DNA from: Callorhinchus milii
Taxonomy: Eukaryota
Length of the DNA stretch: 64,000 bases
NCBI RefSeq assembly: GCF_018977255.1
Contig: NW_024704742.1
Span: 22,012,001-22,076,000 of the forward strand
Direction of reading: 5' to 3'
Position numbers and translations under genes: made by a program. Position 1 is the stretch's first letter. Each line of letters begins with the position of its first letter. The notes under the pieces were generated by a model. It had not been told where the DNA came from, did no database searches, and saw only the letters and a program-made list of their open reading frames with translations. This document shows, in pieces, positions 23,646 to 36,400 of this stretch.

Positions 23646-24509
23646 AATACTGTCTGCAGTAAATCATATGTCAGAATCTCTCGCTTAAACCTTTTTCTGC
23701 AGAAACTCCAGCAAACAAAAACATGCTTCTCACTTGCCAAAATACAAACAAAGGAATGAAAGATCCTACTTACTGACTCTTTTCTTATACTGTAAGCTGC
23801 AGTGGGCACAACTTCATCAGTTATTTTCTTAAGGCAACACACGTAGGCTATATCCTGCAGTTCTCCTTTCTGATGCAAAGTTTTTTGTTTTAATTGTTTT
23901 AAAATTCCCATTTCTGAAACATATTTTTCTCGACTTAGAAAATCAGTGTTCCCTGAGAAACACATTGGAAACCAAACCTCCTTCCATCCATCTGCAAATC
24001 TTGCTCCACACGCCAGCTGTGAGTGTGACCTGGATAGTCTCACTACATATTAATTATCCTGGTCCCAGAGGAAAACCTCTCTGCTCAACACATCCTCTGA
24101 TGACCCAGCTGAAATCACTACTTCACTATGTGAGAATTCATTGGTGTGAAGCCACATTTCTGGTTTTGCTTTTCTTGTTTTGAATCTGCTTTTTGTGTGA
24201 TCTGTGAGAATGCCCTCAGTCGAGTCTGATTTTCTGCTATCTCAAGGTCAGGTGCAATGATGGATGCAGTAGAAATCCTATCACATCTGTTTTTGTATTT
24301 CCTTGCCTTGGAAATTAAGTCAGAGTGAGTGCAGGTGCTGTATTTCTTCATCTCATTCCGCACCTATCCTTCTATCATCTAATACTGTTCTCAAGCAGGT
24401 ATGTGTTTTCTTTTTGGAAAGCATTAATCGACTGAAGGACAAGAAGTGCAGCTGCAGCATCCTTATCCGAACAAATTGTGGTCCAGGGTGAATCGGCAAC
24501 TTCAAGAGA

Positions 24510-25000
24510 CGAAGAGGTAAAGAGATTTTATATAGAGACCTCAATAGGCTGTGCACCTGGGCTGATCATTGACAAATTAAGTTCAAGACAGACAAATTAT
24601 CCATATAGGAAGTAAGATTTGAAGGCAGATGTACACATCAATGCGATAGAATTTGACAAAGTGGGAAGTTCAAAGAGACCTAAGGGTCTTAGTTGACTCA
24701 TCCATCATTCACTGATCAGTTGATTTCAGATTCCCAGAAGTCATATCAATCTGTACAGTGATCTGTCAGGCCTTACCTGGAAAGTTGTACAAAGTTCTGG
24801 TCATCATGGCAATAAGGGAGTCATCCAGATCCTAGAGACAGTCCAGCAAAGACCAATGGACTGATTTTAGGTTTTAGAGGGATGAGTTATGAAGAACAAT
24901 TAAATAAGCTAAGGATTTCAGATCTGAAAAGAGATGTCTCAGAGTCGACCTTGAATGATGTTAAATGGAATAGAGAAAATAAACCCAGACCAATACTCTC
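24510..25000 (+). mobile_element. CR1 LINE ORF2 C-terminal fragment (degenerate)
   Basis: Broken reading of RDLNRLCTWAD..QIKF, RPYLESC.KFWS and GFRGMSYEEQLNKL, matching CR1 RT C-terminal motifs. Confidence 0.8.
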
Positions 25001-25835
25001 AAATATGCCAAAAAAGCAGAAGTATTGTATCAAGGCTAGAATAGGGTGCCAATTTCAGGCCTCAGAACAACTGCTCTTCTGCAAAATACTGCAATAGAAC
25101 CCTTAATATCAACCAAATCATCAAAAAATACAGATTTAAATATACAGACTAAAAGTTTAATATTAATAACAGCAATTTACATAGTGTCCTTCACATCAGG
25201 AGGATATCTCAAAATGCTTCACACAGCTCATTGAGCATCTGAGTTGGGTGGGGTGGGAGGAGAGGGTAAGAAGAAGAACTCTGCGATGGAGTTTGAGAGA
25301 GAGGGGGTAGAATGGCTGAGAGCTCGGCCACCAATAATGAGCACATTTCATAATGTAGCATTTCTCGGTACTGTACTGGAGTGTAAAACTACTTCATGGT
25401 CTTAAATCAAATTGACTTAGAACAACTTTCACGTTAAATACTGGTGGAGCACATTAAATTCAGATTTTCTTCTCGTGTTTCATAGTGCAAGCATTCTTTC
25501 TCCGCTTGTAATTTTTTTAAAAGGAAAACAAACGTGAAACTATAAAAATGTGAACGAGTGGAAAAAAAAATTCCAGTCAATCTATCTCTTATAATCCTTG
25601 AAAGTGCTGGCACAACATAACCTCTGGGAGGTCTTAAAATGTGGTGAAGATCCATGGAATTATGCTTGATTTATTTTGTATCTGTTACTTTTGGCAAGGA
25701 TCAGCATAAAGAAAGTACCACCATAATCCTGCTCTTTCTTGTGCAGGATGGGGATAAGCAGAAGAATCTCTAAGTGCTAACATGTGGTGTGAATAAGCAG
25801 GCTGGAGTCATCCAGTCATCGGTCCTGTTATTTTA

Positions 25836-26260
25836 TTATAAATAATAATAATAACTCTTGCATTTAATAAAGCACCTTATCACTTCATTGAAACGTCTCA
25901 AAACGCTTCACAGTATATACTGTAAAGTGGATCGAGTGTATAATTTGTGGGCGAAATGTGGCAGCTAGTTGCGCATATCAATGTTCCACAAATAGTCGTG
26001 CCCAATTTTATTTGGGCGATTGGTGGCCAGGATACCGGGAGAAACTCAGTTCTCTTCTCAAATAGTGTCATAGGATCTTTAACGTCCACCTGAACAGCCG
26101 GACGGAACCTTGGTTTAACATCTTATCCGAGGGACGGTACTTCCAACAACGCAACACTGCACTGGAGTGTCAGCTTAGACTGTGTGATTCCAAGTCCCGA
26201 CATGGAGCTTTAACCCACAACCTTCTGACTCAGAGGCGAGAGTGCTACACTGAGCCAGGT
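25836..26260 (-). mobile_element. Old Deu-SINE (SacSINE1-like), near full length
   Basis: Antisense head TGGCTCAGTGTAGCACTCTCGCCTCTGAGTCAGAAGGTTGTGGG, Deu core and (TTA)n tail. Confidence 0.85.
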
Positions 26261-26282
26261 TATGCTCGGCTATTGACAATTT

Positions 26283-26710
26283 GTCAGCTCGGATCAACTG
26301 GCAGCCTCTTGGTCAGGAGGCGGTGAGTTCAACCTTCCCATCAGGATTTGAGTTTGTAGTGCAGGCTGACCCTGCAGTGCAGAAATTGGGCAGCGCTGCA
26401 CTGTTGGTCATGATTCCTTCGACTGAGATGTTAAAGTGAGGTCCTATCTGCCAGTTCTTCGGGTGATATTAAGGATTCCACAGCACTCTTCAAAAAGATT
26501 AGAGAGTTTCTCTCTCCCAGTGACTTGCCAACAATCCACCAGATAAATTGATAATTCATTTCAAGTGCATCAAGGCAGACTGTATGCTAAATTACTGCCA
26601 TGTTGCCAAAAGTAACAGATACAAAATAAATCAAGCATAATTCCAAAAATAGTCAACTTGACAATAACTATCTGCAAAGTGTTTTGACATTATACAGTGC
26701 ATTATAAAGG
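26283..26710 (+). mobile_element. Old Deu-SINE (SacSINE1-like), diverged
   Basis: GCGCTGCACTGTTGG...GAGATGTTAAAGTGAGGTCCTATCTGCC...GAGTTTCTC; head-to-head with the previous copy. Confidence 0.7.
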
Positions 26711-26990
26711 CACTGAGCACAGACTGGACGCTTGTCAATTCAAAGCAATATTTGCCGATCTTAACCAAAGCAGCAGTTTAGCGTTAAGAGGGAAAATCAT
26801 TCAGGCTTCCTGCCCCTGATCATTGCCCAATACTCTGCATGTACGCCGGATGTACGTTGAGTTGGGAACATCATTGTACTAGGCTGCGATGCCTTCCAAA
26901 ATCATACAGCGGTCTGCCATTAATTGTTCAGGAACATATATGAAGAATAGTCGCCAAGTCAAGGTTCCAGAGGGCTGCCAGCACATTGCA
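26710..26990 (+). repeat. Unclassified interspersed repeat (related to 59885 and 61210)
   Basis: Shared motif order AAAATC..CAGG.TTCCTGC.CCTGATC...GGCTGCGATGCC...TGAAGAAT...GAGGGCTGCCAGCAC. Confidence 0.5.
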
Positions 26991-27481
26991 TTTTACAGAC
27001 AGAAGTGCATGAGCACAATATTTGCAAAATATTACAAATAAGGTAAACAGAAACAAGTACAGGCACATATCCAACGCAAGAAATATAACCTGAACCTTTT
27101 GGGATACTCTTTAAGATTGTCTAACNTTTTTTCTTTCCATGAGCTAATACATGGACTGAAAGGGCAACAATTGCCGGAACACCACAAAACTGAAAATAAC
27201 AATAACAACAACTTTTTAGTGCTTGTAATAATACAGTAGAGAGGGGGAACTTCCATTGTGTTCTAATTTAGGAAGGGAAAGAAATCACAGTTGTATCAAT
27301 GATACTTTCCTGTTCTCTCATCTCATCCCTTAATTTGTTTTTTACTGTTCAGGTATTTATCCAGTTTTCTTGTGAGCAATTCTATTGACTCAGTCTCAAA
27401 AGAACAAACCCTAACAACCCTTCGAGTGAACAAATTCCTCTAAGCCTCTACCCTAATTTTTATGCTAGCAATCCTGAGACT

Positions 27482-28178
27482 ATAATAATAATAATGCTTG
27501 CATTTGATATAGCGCCTTATCACACCATACGGATGTCTCAAAGTGTTTCACAGAATATATTGTAATGTAGATTGACTGTATATATTGTGGGAAAATCATC
27601 TAAGTCAATTAAGTACAGCAGTGTCCCACAAACAGTCATGGATTGAATGACCAAATTATTTTTTTAAGGGATTGTTACCCCCAGAAGAGCGATCTACCAA
27701 ATCGACTAACAACCGGAGTGGAGTCCTGTAGCTCAGTGGTTAGAGCACTCGCTTTGCAAGTGAGAGACCTGAGTTCAATTCCAGGCAGAGGGCGAAACCT
27801 TGGGCAAGTTTCCTTACTCCACACAGAGCCTAATAATAATCCCTCCAAAACTAAAAACAATAATTAAATTGGTCATTTTCAATCTACGACTGTTTGTGGG
27901 ACATTGCTGTGCGCAATTGGCTGCCGCGTTCGCCCACAAATATACAGTCAATTCACTTTACAGTGTGTTCTGTGAAGCGCTTTGGGACGTCCTCCCGACG
28001 TGAAAAGCGCTATATCAAATGCAAGGATTATTATTATTATTAACCTACGTACTGCTAGGTAAACAGAGGCACGTGAAGTAGGGAAACTTCGCTAAGATTT
28101 TGCCTTGCATAGGAATCTAACCTGGGTCTTCTCACTTGCGAGATGAGTGCTCTAACCAATATGCTACAGAATTCCACA
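27482..28178 (-). mobile_element. Deu-SINE long subfamily, interrupted by a younger SINE
   Basis: Tail and core at 27482-27717 stop at GACTAACAACCGG and resume at ~28043 with CCTACGTACTGCTAGGTAAAC through the head at 28178. Confidence 0.85.
27719..28041 (+). mobile_element. Deu-SINE, short (young) subfamily, full length
   Basis: GGAGTCCTGTAGCTCAGTGG head through (TTA)n tail. Confidence 0.92.
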
Positions 28179-28619
28179 ATATAGAGAATATATATAAAAC
28201 TATGATTTATATTCACGATTCTCCAACTAAAGGAAATAGTGTTTTTCTATCCCCCTGTGTTATGCCGATTGAGTATCTTACACCCCACCATCAGAGCCCC
28301 TCTTAATCTTCACTGCCCACGCATGAAAAATACTATTAACTTGCCTCTTGAATTGATGGAGAAAAATTGGGAAAGAGAAATCCAACTAATTTGTGTTTGC
28401 TTTCCTCACATGTGCTAACTTCCTTAAATCTGAGCGTGTGTGTGTGTTTTGATCTGCCGGGCATTACGGGATGTATTTGTTCTGCACACGTGCTTAGGCA
28501 GAAAACAATTGAAACCTGTGTCCAAATAGTGCCAGAATCAGCCGGGGAGTCAACAGACATGCAAGAGACCAGAGGCTAATTGGTATAAAAGAGCAGTTTT
28601 TAAAAAAAAATGTTTTAGA

Positions 28620-28635
28620 CCTCCAGAGGGAGCAC
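28620..28635 (+). promoter_or_regulatory. CTCF-like motif
   Basis: CCTCCAGAGGGAGCAC resembles the CTCF core CCNCYAGRKGGCRS. Confidence 0.35.
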
Positions 28636-29150
28636 TCACTGTAGCAATTGAATTCCCACAACTACCAGTTAGTTCAGCACCAGGCAAGCTGGTAAATAAT
28701 TAATTTTATAAATCAATGTTAACAGCAGCCGAACCCTGCTGACGTTGACATGTAACAGCTCAGTAAGCCTACGTTTGTCACTATTGCTCCATAAAAAAAG
28801 GTTCCTCATCGCTGCAGCAGGAGGTGACTAATCTCTGCTCGTTACCCTTCTACGAATGCAACAGAGACTGGGGATTTATGCCAAAAGAAATTTCAGGCTC
28901 AAACCATGTCAATGTCACATCATAATGGATTGGAGAAGCAACATCCTGGCGTCTAGCACGCACTGATCACTAATGCTAGCGATCCTTTTGTTCTTTGCTT
29001 CTAATGAAAAAATCCCATTATAAACATGGAATGAAAGGTTAAGTAGCGTTAGAGATCAGTGTGTGTCAGACACAATATGAAGACTGGAGGTGAGACAGGA
29101 TTACCCAAGAGACAACAATCCTTTCGGTGTGTCCTTTCTGTGATTTCTAG

Positions 29151-29380
29151 AACAACAAACAACAAAATATATCTGTATAGCGTCTTTCACGATGGGAGGA
29201 TGTCCCAAGGTGCTGGACAGTCAGGGATTTGGACCCAAGCAAAAAAAAAAGTTGGGATCAGGAGGCGTGGAGGGCGGAGAAGGAGGGGTAGGCGGACGAA
29301 GAGGAGGGTCTTTACACTTGCCTCGAAGGGGGCAAAGGAGGTTCTAGAGAGTTGCTGGAAGAGCAACGCTGGATACGGAA
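29151..29380 (-). mobile_element. L2 LINE 3' end
   Basis: AACAACAA...TATAGCGTCTTTCACGATGGGAGGATGTCCCAAGG, similar to the 21678 and 1080 tails. Confidence 0.8.
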
Positions 29381-29959
29381 GGAGATATGGGAACAGCAAT
29401 AAACTACTTCTCGTATAGATAGCTTTTTCTTTCGTGCCAAACATTGTTTTCCCCTTTAAAATCCTTATAAAGCCCAGGCTGTCCACATCAGAGCACTGAG
29501 ACACTCTGCCGTCACATCACCCTTCAGATTCTTACAAATCAAATCTCCTGCTGGTGAATACGATTATTTTTCTGCCATTAGTAATAGTGACACAATGAAG
29601 GTTGACAGAGGCTGAGGTAAGACGCTTTTAGTTTAAGTTGCTGTGGTAAAATGACAGCTGGCATGAGTACGACAGGACGTTCATTGAAGGATATTACAGG
29701 TGGTGGTGGCCTGATTACTGCAGGCTTACAAAGAAATGATTTGCAGTTGGTTACAAGGAAATTCCCTATCCAGTTTATATTATAACATAATAGTTTCCAG
29801 TAATTGTTTACTGCGCTGTACTGCCACAGACAGGAAGGTTCCTGTATCAGCTTTTTTTAAGTAGGACACACCAAAGGACTCAATTGCTAACTAAACAAAA
29901 ACACTGGCCACTTAACTTACGAGTGTCAACAGAGGTCTTTTCTTCAGTAAGCTATAGAC

Positions 29960-30182
29960 CAGTGATGGTCAACCTTCATGGTTGGCCAACAAACCTCATT
30001 TTCTTGATTGAATATTTTGTGATGTATGCCACAACTCAAGAAATATCCAATCAAGAAAAAAACTGAAAACACAGTACCAATCGAACACGGACTTATCTAG
30101 ACTGGTGCGAATGTTCGAGGGGGGAGGGGGAGCTTCTTGAAGGGTCCCGCGGGCCACCTCAGTCCCAGGTTGGCCGCTACTG
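29960..30182. mobile_element. hAT (Charlie-like) non-autonomous element / MITE, 223 bp
   Basis: TIRs CAGTGATGGTCAACCT and AGGTTGGCCGCTACTG; 8-bp flanks CTATAGAC and CTGTAGAG (6/8 identical, NTNTAGAN-type target). Confidence 0.7.
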
Positions 30183-30771
30183 CTGTAGAGTATCTCTACA
30201 TTCTGTTTATAACACATGGTCGGTGAACTTAACATTGAAAATAGTTAATTTAACATAGAATTTAAGTTTTGAAAAAGTCAGCCAACACAACAGCTTTGTT
30301 TCCCTTGTTCCATGATACATGGCTGCCGGACTGTGATGTTCTCATGTGTTCATGTGATGTGGGAGGCTGGGAGGCACTCGTGGTACATAATGATCCGTCA
30401 CCATGTTCGGTCCGACATCTTCCATAACATTGGATGGAGTGACGAGGCAAAATGCATCTCCGGCAGCTTGTTTCAGCTCCTCTTGTAGTGTCATCTCACT
30501 GTTTTGTAACAGGGGGTAAGAGGACTTTGTGGATTCCCCATACGTGGTGAAGGAAGAGCCTATATTACCATTAAGATTGGGAACCTGCTGAGGATGGCTC
30601 TGTGTTTCTAACCCTTTTCACGTTCTTTATGGCTTCCTTTCCTTTTGGGAAGGATCTAAACTGTTGTTTGCCCTGAACAAACAGAGTTGAACATGGGATC
30701 AGACTGAGGCAGGCCCCGGGCAGGGTTGCAGACCTCACTTCAGACCAACTGACGGTGTGTCTTTACAGATG

Positions 30772-31107
30772 TAATAATAATAATCCTTAATAGTAATCCT
30801 TGCATTTGATATGTGCTTTTCACATCGGGAGGACGTCCCAAAGCGCTTCACAGAACACACTGTAAAGTGAATTGACTGTATATTTGTGGGCAAACGCGGC
30901 AGCCAATTGCTCACAGCAATGTCCCTCAAACAGTCGTAGATTGAAAATGACCAATTTATTATTGTTTTTGGTTTTGGAGGGATTATTATTAGGCTCTGTG
31001 TGGAGTAAGGAAACTTGCCCAAGGTTTCGCCCTGACCTGCCTGGAATTGAACTCAGGTCTCTCACTTGCAAAGCGAGTGCTCTAACCACTGAGCTACAGG
31101 ACTCCAC
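30772..31107 (-). mobile_element. Deu-SINE, short (young) subfamily, full length
   Basis: Reverse complement of the 22305/27719 copies; terminal AAGGATTA segment is duplicated. Confidence 0.92.
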
Positions 31108-31752
31108 AATGTAACATGGTGGGTTGTATTCTTGTGGTTCTATCAGTGTATATAGTGATGGGTTAATCTGTGCTCTCTGGAGGGATTTCTTCCTAACGTG
31201 CTGGAGAGGAGGGATGGAATTAACTCTCCTTGATTTTGTTTGGTCTGCAATTTGTTTGAGAGCTGTGCGTATGTAATTATGCGCTCCAGGATGCTACCCT
31301 GTGTGAACGGCGCTATATAAATGCAAGTTGTTGTTGTTATTCTACTGTTTGAAATTAGGGTAAATAGTGATGTGGGAGGATCAAATTCATTATGCAGGCC
31401 ATGAAAATCTATTTGGGGAATAAAAGGTTGAGATTGCAAACAGGCAGGAAAGTTTTGCATTCCATTGAATTTGCTCTTATGAGTTCATTAATTTGTTGCA
31501 GTGTCTGTCTAAATTTCCAGATGGATGACTCATTGAGACTGTATTCCAAATAAGCCTCATAACCTTACTGGTAATGGATGACTCACATGTTCAGCATGTA
31601 ACGGTCGACTATGTTCAATATGTAACTCTGTAAAAAAAAAGATTGCTTATGTGGAGCTCAATTTTTATAACACTTATGTACTTTTCTAACATGTTTGTTT
31701 CATGCCGATATGGAAGGCCCAGGGTCAGTACTGATGTTATTTAGTTACATTT

Positions 31753-32300
31753 ACAACAACAACTTGCACTTATACAGAGCCTTTCACAAAGAATAACATT
31801 TCAAAGCGCTTTGCAGAAACAGAGTGGGAGCCTACATAGGATAGGAGGTAGGAGGGAGATGACTGAAGGTGCAGTCAAAGAGGTTGTTTTTATAAGCATT
31901 TTGAAAGCAAGGTGGAAGGTGTAGAGATTCTGGGAGAGAGCTTCAGATGGGGGAGGGGAGCAAACGGAATGAAATCAGTCATTAATATGGGGTGCAGTGG
32001 CCTGGGGATATATGCAGCAGGACCAAGTTAGCAGAACAGAAGGAAATGGTGGGGAGTAGGGTTGCAAGAGAACATAGAGGTAGGTGAGGCACCCATGTAG
32101 AGGCATTTGAAAGTAAGAACAAGAACAAGGATCTTGAAGACAATGCACCAGGAATAAGGAACAGGTAGATCTTAGTGACCATGAAGGGTGATGGGCTTGG
32201 ATGGAATACAGCCTCGGGAGATTTGCAAAACCTGGAGTGTGTGAAGGTTCAACTGGTGAAGGCCAGCAAGGAAAGCATTGGCAGAATTAAACGTGGACAC
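31753..32300 (-). mobile_element. Old L2 LINE 3' fragment
   Basis: ACAACAACAACTTGCACTTATACAGAGCCTTTCAC tail followed by a purine-rich body. Confidence 0.65.
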
Positions 32301-32784
32301 AAAGGCCTTTAAATAGAAGCCATACTAGCCTTTGTCTCTGCATTGCTAACTCTGACACCTCGGAGTAGCATACAAGATGCTCAGGGAATGCCAACATCAT
32401 TGCAACGATTTATTAAGTTTGTCTCGTCTTCAGAACTGGCAAGTGATCCCTTCACTTGCACTAATTTCTGAATTCAGTGTCTGCTTGTATGATTTTCAAG
32501 AAGCTAGCCAAACTCTTTTGGTCAGTGCCAACTCACATAAAGCAACATAGAGTATTATTTATTTTAATAGCCCCCATTACAATTAGAGTGCAATTGAAAT
32601 CCATACACCTATTCTGAATTGAAACTTAATGCCATATTTGTGATGTAGTTGGAATACTCTTATTTTTACAGAATTTATTCCGTCCACAAGGGGGAATCTA
32701 CACCTATTGCTTGTAAAATAATGACCCCTCATTTGTATGAAAAATTTCCCAATTAGCACATAAATAATGCCTCCCTTCTATTTA

Positions 32785-33700
32785 GCCTTGCTGGTAAAAT
32801 GATGGATCTACCACAGCAGAGAAATATTACGTATTTATGAAATTGACCAGATATTAACAAAAAAGGCATTTAGAACAAGGACAAACCTACTGTCTCCAAT
32901 TTATTTGATTAAATCACTTTATGAATTTGGGTCATGTGCGATGTATGATTATAGAGACAAATAGCAAGCATAAAAAAATAAAGATTCTGAAATGAAGAAT
33001 CCTGAATTAAAATATAGAAGCTGCAGATTTCTAACACATGCAATCAAAAACATGTCCTTTGAAGTACTGAATGGTAAAATCTGAATTAACAAGGCAAAAA
33101 AAACATTTCCATTGCGTGCAATTTTATTATTTAATGACGAAAAGCAAACTACAATCTAGTAAAAGCGCTTGTAATTTAAACAGTGCCTCATCAGCGGGCT
33201 CCTTTTTTTGGTCTACTTTACTGGGCTTGATTTCCAAACTACGTTGTAAAATCCAATTTAAGTAATGACCTTAACATATGTCAGCTTTCATAAAAAATTC
33301 CATGATGTTTTGCTTAATGCTTAGTTGCAATCTATAATTGTTAATGGACTTAGAAATAGGGTTTGTTTATTGAGTAATGCTGGCATCTTCTTTAAAGATT
33401 TGATTAAACTGGAAGGTAATGGGACTATTGGGATACGTGAAAGGATGTGTCCTATAAGTCTGAGTTTGCATTTGTTTCTTTATTTTTATATGCATATTAT
33501 TTGTTTCCATAAACTTGCATTGCGCATGCCCGTGACCCAAATTTATAAAGTGATTTGATCAAATAAATTGGAGACAGTAGGTTTGTCCCTCTTCCAAATT
33601 TTTTTGGGGGTTAATAGATGGTCAATTTCATAAATTCAGATTCAACCAAACAGCTATTTCTGTGCTGGCAGATTCACTTTACTGATTCCATTAGCAAGCA
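32785..33700. mobile_element. Foldback / long-TIR element (~200-bp imperfect arms)
   Basis: GGACAAACCTACTGTCTCCAATTTATTTGATTAAATCACTTTATGAATTTGGGTCA (32879-32934) is the near-perfect reverse complement of 33533-33588; similarity extends inward and outward. Confidence 0.7.
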
Positions 33701-34089
33701 GATGACTGAAATCAAATTGAAATAGCCACAGTAAACAGTAGTTGAAGCTACGTTATTTTAAGGAATTTCTAAACCGAAAGCCCCCAAAACTGGCTTATAT
33801 AGGCAGCAAGCAACTCATAGGATCAAAGATTCAACAACAGTGATTTTCCTACAGGTACCTCAATCAACAACAATTTGCATTTATGTAGCACCCTTCGTGC
33901 CGGGTAGCATCTTGGAGTGATTAATATCAATAATGTGTTTAACCAACGCTTTAAACAGGAGCAATGTCTGTCTACTCATTTGCTGCCTGACCCACAAACA
34001 GCCATGAAGTGAATGACCAATTTTATTTGGTGGGTTGTCGCCAGCATATCGGGCGAAACTCCCTTATGTTTTCAAATAGTGCCATGGGA

Positions 34090-34440
34090 TCTTTAGTGTG
34101 CAACTTTGAAAATAGGGAAAATCATTTCCACTGATCGATGTGGAGGGCATCAATTTAAGATAGATAGCAAGACATCAAAGGGAGTGGGTGGGTGGGGGGT
34201 AGAAGAATTTTTTTCACACCTAGACGAGTTAGGATATGGAAGGCCCTGTCAATAGCATTGGTTGAAGCAGAATTTATATTGGTGTTCAAAAGAGAAACTA
34301 GGTAAATACCTAAAAGGCATAAGCTACAAGAATATGAGGAAAGGGCAGGTAAACATAACTGAAAGGATTGCACGTAAAGGAACTGGCACAGATACGATGG
34401 GCCAATGACCTTTTGTCCTCTAAATTTCTATGGTTCTATC
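34090..34440 (+). mobile_element. CR1 LINE 3' end
   Basis: RRIFFTPRRVRIWKAL-like segment; 3' UTR GGCACAGATACGATGGGCC; TTCTATGGTTCTAT tail. Confidence 0.75.
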
Positions 34441-36127
34441 AACAGTGCACGATTGAAATGTCTACAGATGTAATTATTATCAATCATCAGTTGAGCATTT
34501 GGTACATATTAATGATTCTAATATTTCATCTAACTTTCAGGTTTGTTTTAATCAACTTCAAAAACTTTATTGACGATTGTCAGATACAGAATATTACTAC
34601 ACTCCTCTCGGAGTTATTTCCAATACATCTGCTGGTACTATAATAGAATAGCAGGCTACTCTCAGGGAATGTAGAACTAAACAAGAGTCATTTGGATTAA
34701 TCAGTGTGTACCATATGATTGTTCAGATTGGTCTCGGAGCTCTGTAACCCACCTTAACTAATTGTTCGCCTAAGAACTGAGGTGAACTTGCTTTTCTGAT
34801 AGCACCTCAGACTGTGCAAAACAGGATGCTCTGAACACAAGAATTTGTGGCTTGCAATCCATCTTTCAGAGAGAAATAATTACACAGAGAGTCATACAGA
34901 AATATATCTCACCACTCAGTGCACTAACAAAATTACAGCTGTGGTTTCAAATTGAGACAGATTGTACTGTCGGGCCATTTTTTTAAAAATCAACTTTTTT
35001 TATTTTAAAGCTTTCAAAAAATACAGAGGCGATACTATGGGCAGAACAGTTACACTTTGTTTACAAGAAGCAAATATGAAATGTGGAAAGCGGGGCTGCA
35101 TGAAAATATAGAGCTGTGAAGCAAGAGCTGGGCCTAATTCATAAAGAAAACTAGGCTCCCACCATGCTGAAGGTAGACGCCCGCGAGATAGCTGATGAGA
35201 AAATTGAGGCTTGGGGCAACAGCTGCTGGAAAGCATTACCTGAAGTCCGAGTTCGTGAAAACACGTTCGTATATTCAGGGCCTGGAACTGACCTTGGCCT
35301 GCTGCTCCGCACTCCGCACTTCCAAGGCTTGTCCTAGCTGGACATGCAGCGGGAAAGCTTGCCGGACAGCAATATCAGTTGAAAACTATGCGGTTTTAGT
35401 TGGTTAGACTCCAGCAGTACCCAAACACACACTCTGGGGTCCCCAAGACTTGGCTCTTGCCAACCTGTGCCTAATACTTTCCGGAATGAAGTAAGCAGGA
35501 TGTGTCCCTCCAATTTAGTTTGGATACTCTTAAACATGGTGATGGGTTTCCGTATGTGTCAGATACCCGGCTGACCAAAAAAAAGAGAAAAGTAGGTGGC
35601 AAATTAAATCGGCTGGTGGTATTCAGGTGTTTATCCCATCTGATTCACTTCCCTTTCAAGTCATCTTTTGAGCACTGCTGTGGAGAAATACCACCTGCAT
35701 CTGGATTTACTTGTTTTTCGATAAGTTATTTTAAGAATGACAACAAACATGCTTCAAAGTTAAAACTAATGGAAGAATTTGCCAAATTTCCTGCACCCTC
35801 TAAAACGCTAGGTTAACAGAGTAAGTTAAGACACAGGTGGAATTTTACCCCACGCATCATGAAATAAGACTTTTCAGAAATAAATCATAAAGGATCGTAT
35901 TGATTGAAAAAAAAGTGGAAAATGTTTTAAGCAATACAGGATAATTAAGAAGGCAAGACATTTCTAGATTTTCAGAATTAATAATAAAATCTAAAAAATA
36001 ACCTTTTAAAGGGTAATACTGTCAACTCCTGATAACTTGATCCCGGTTTAAGTCGCCATGCTAAGACTTTCCTGGCCGCTCCCCAAACAAAATGTTAACA
36101 AGGGACTCTGCTTTACTTGTCACTTTT

Positions 36128-36400
36128 TATAATAATAACAATAAGAATCCTTGCATTTGATACAGTGCCTTATCACGTCTTGGAGACATCTCAAAGTGCT
36201 TCACGGAATATATTGTAAAGTGTATTGACTGCATATGTTGTGGGCGAAACCCGGCAACCAATTGCGCACAGCAATGGCCCACAAACAGTCATATGGGATT
36301 ATTATCCCCAGAAAGCGATCGGCCAATCGACTAACAGCCGGGTTTCTACTTACTTCTAGGTAAACATAGACATGTGGAGTAAGGAAACATGCCTAAGGTT
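36128..36400 (-). mobile_element. Deu-SINE long subfamily, 5' truncated
   Basis: Tail, core and extra internal segment in antisense. Confidence 0.85.

Larger units (their letters stand above)
27340..28320 (-). mobile_element. CR1 3' fragment split by two nested SINEs
   Basis: Antisense CR1 3'-end sequence at ~27340-27480 resumes at ~28200-28320 (GGAAATAGTGTTTTTCTATCC...CCCCTCTTAATCTTC). Confidence 0.55.

Noticed and set aside
27126..27126. Single N base (another at 59127)
   Set aside because: Assembly ambiguity next to T runs; not biological.
27719..27790. tRNA-Ala gene (and similar heads at 193, 5819, 22305, 31107, 44826)
   Set aside because: Acceptor stem is not properly paired, there is no T-run terminator, and each continues into a SINE body.
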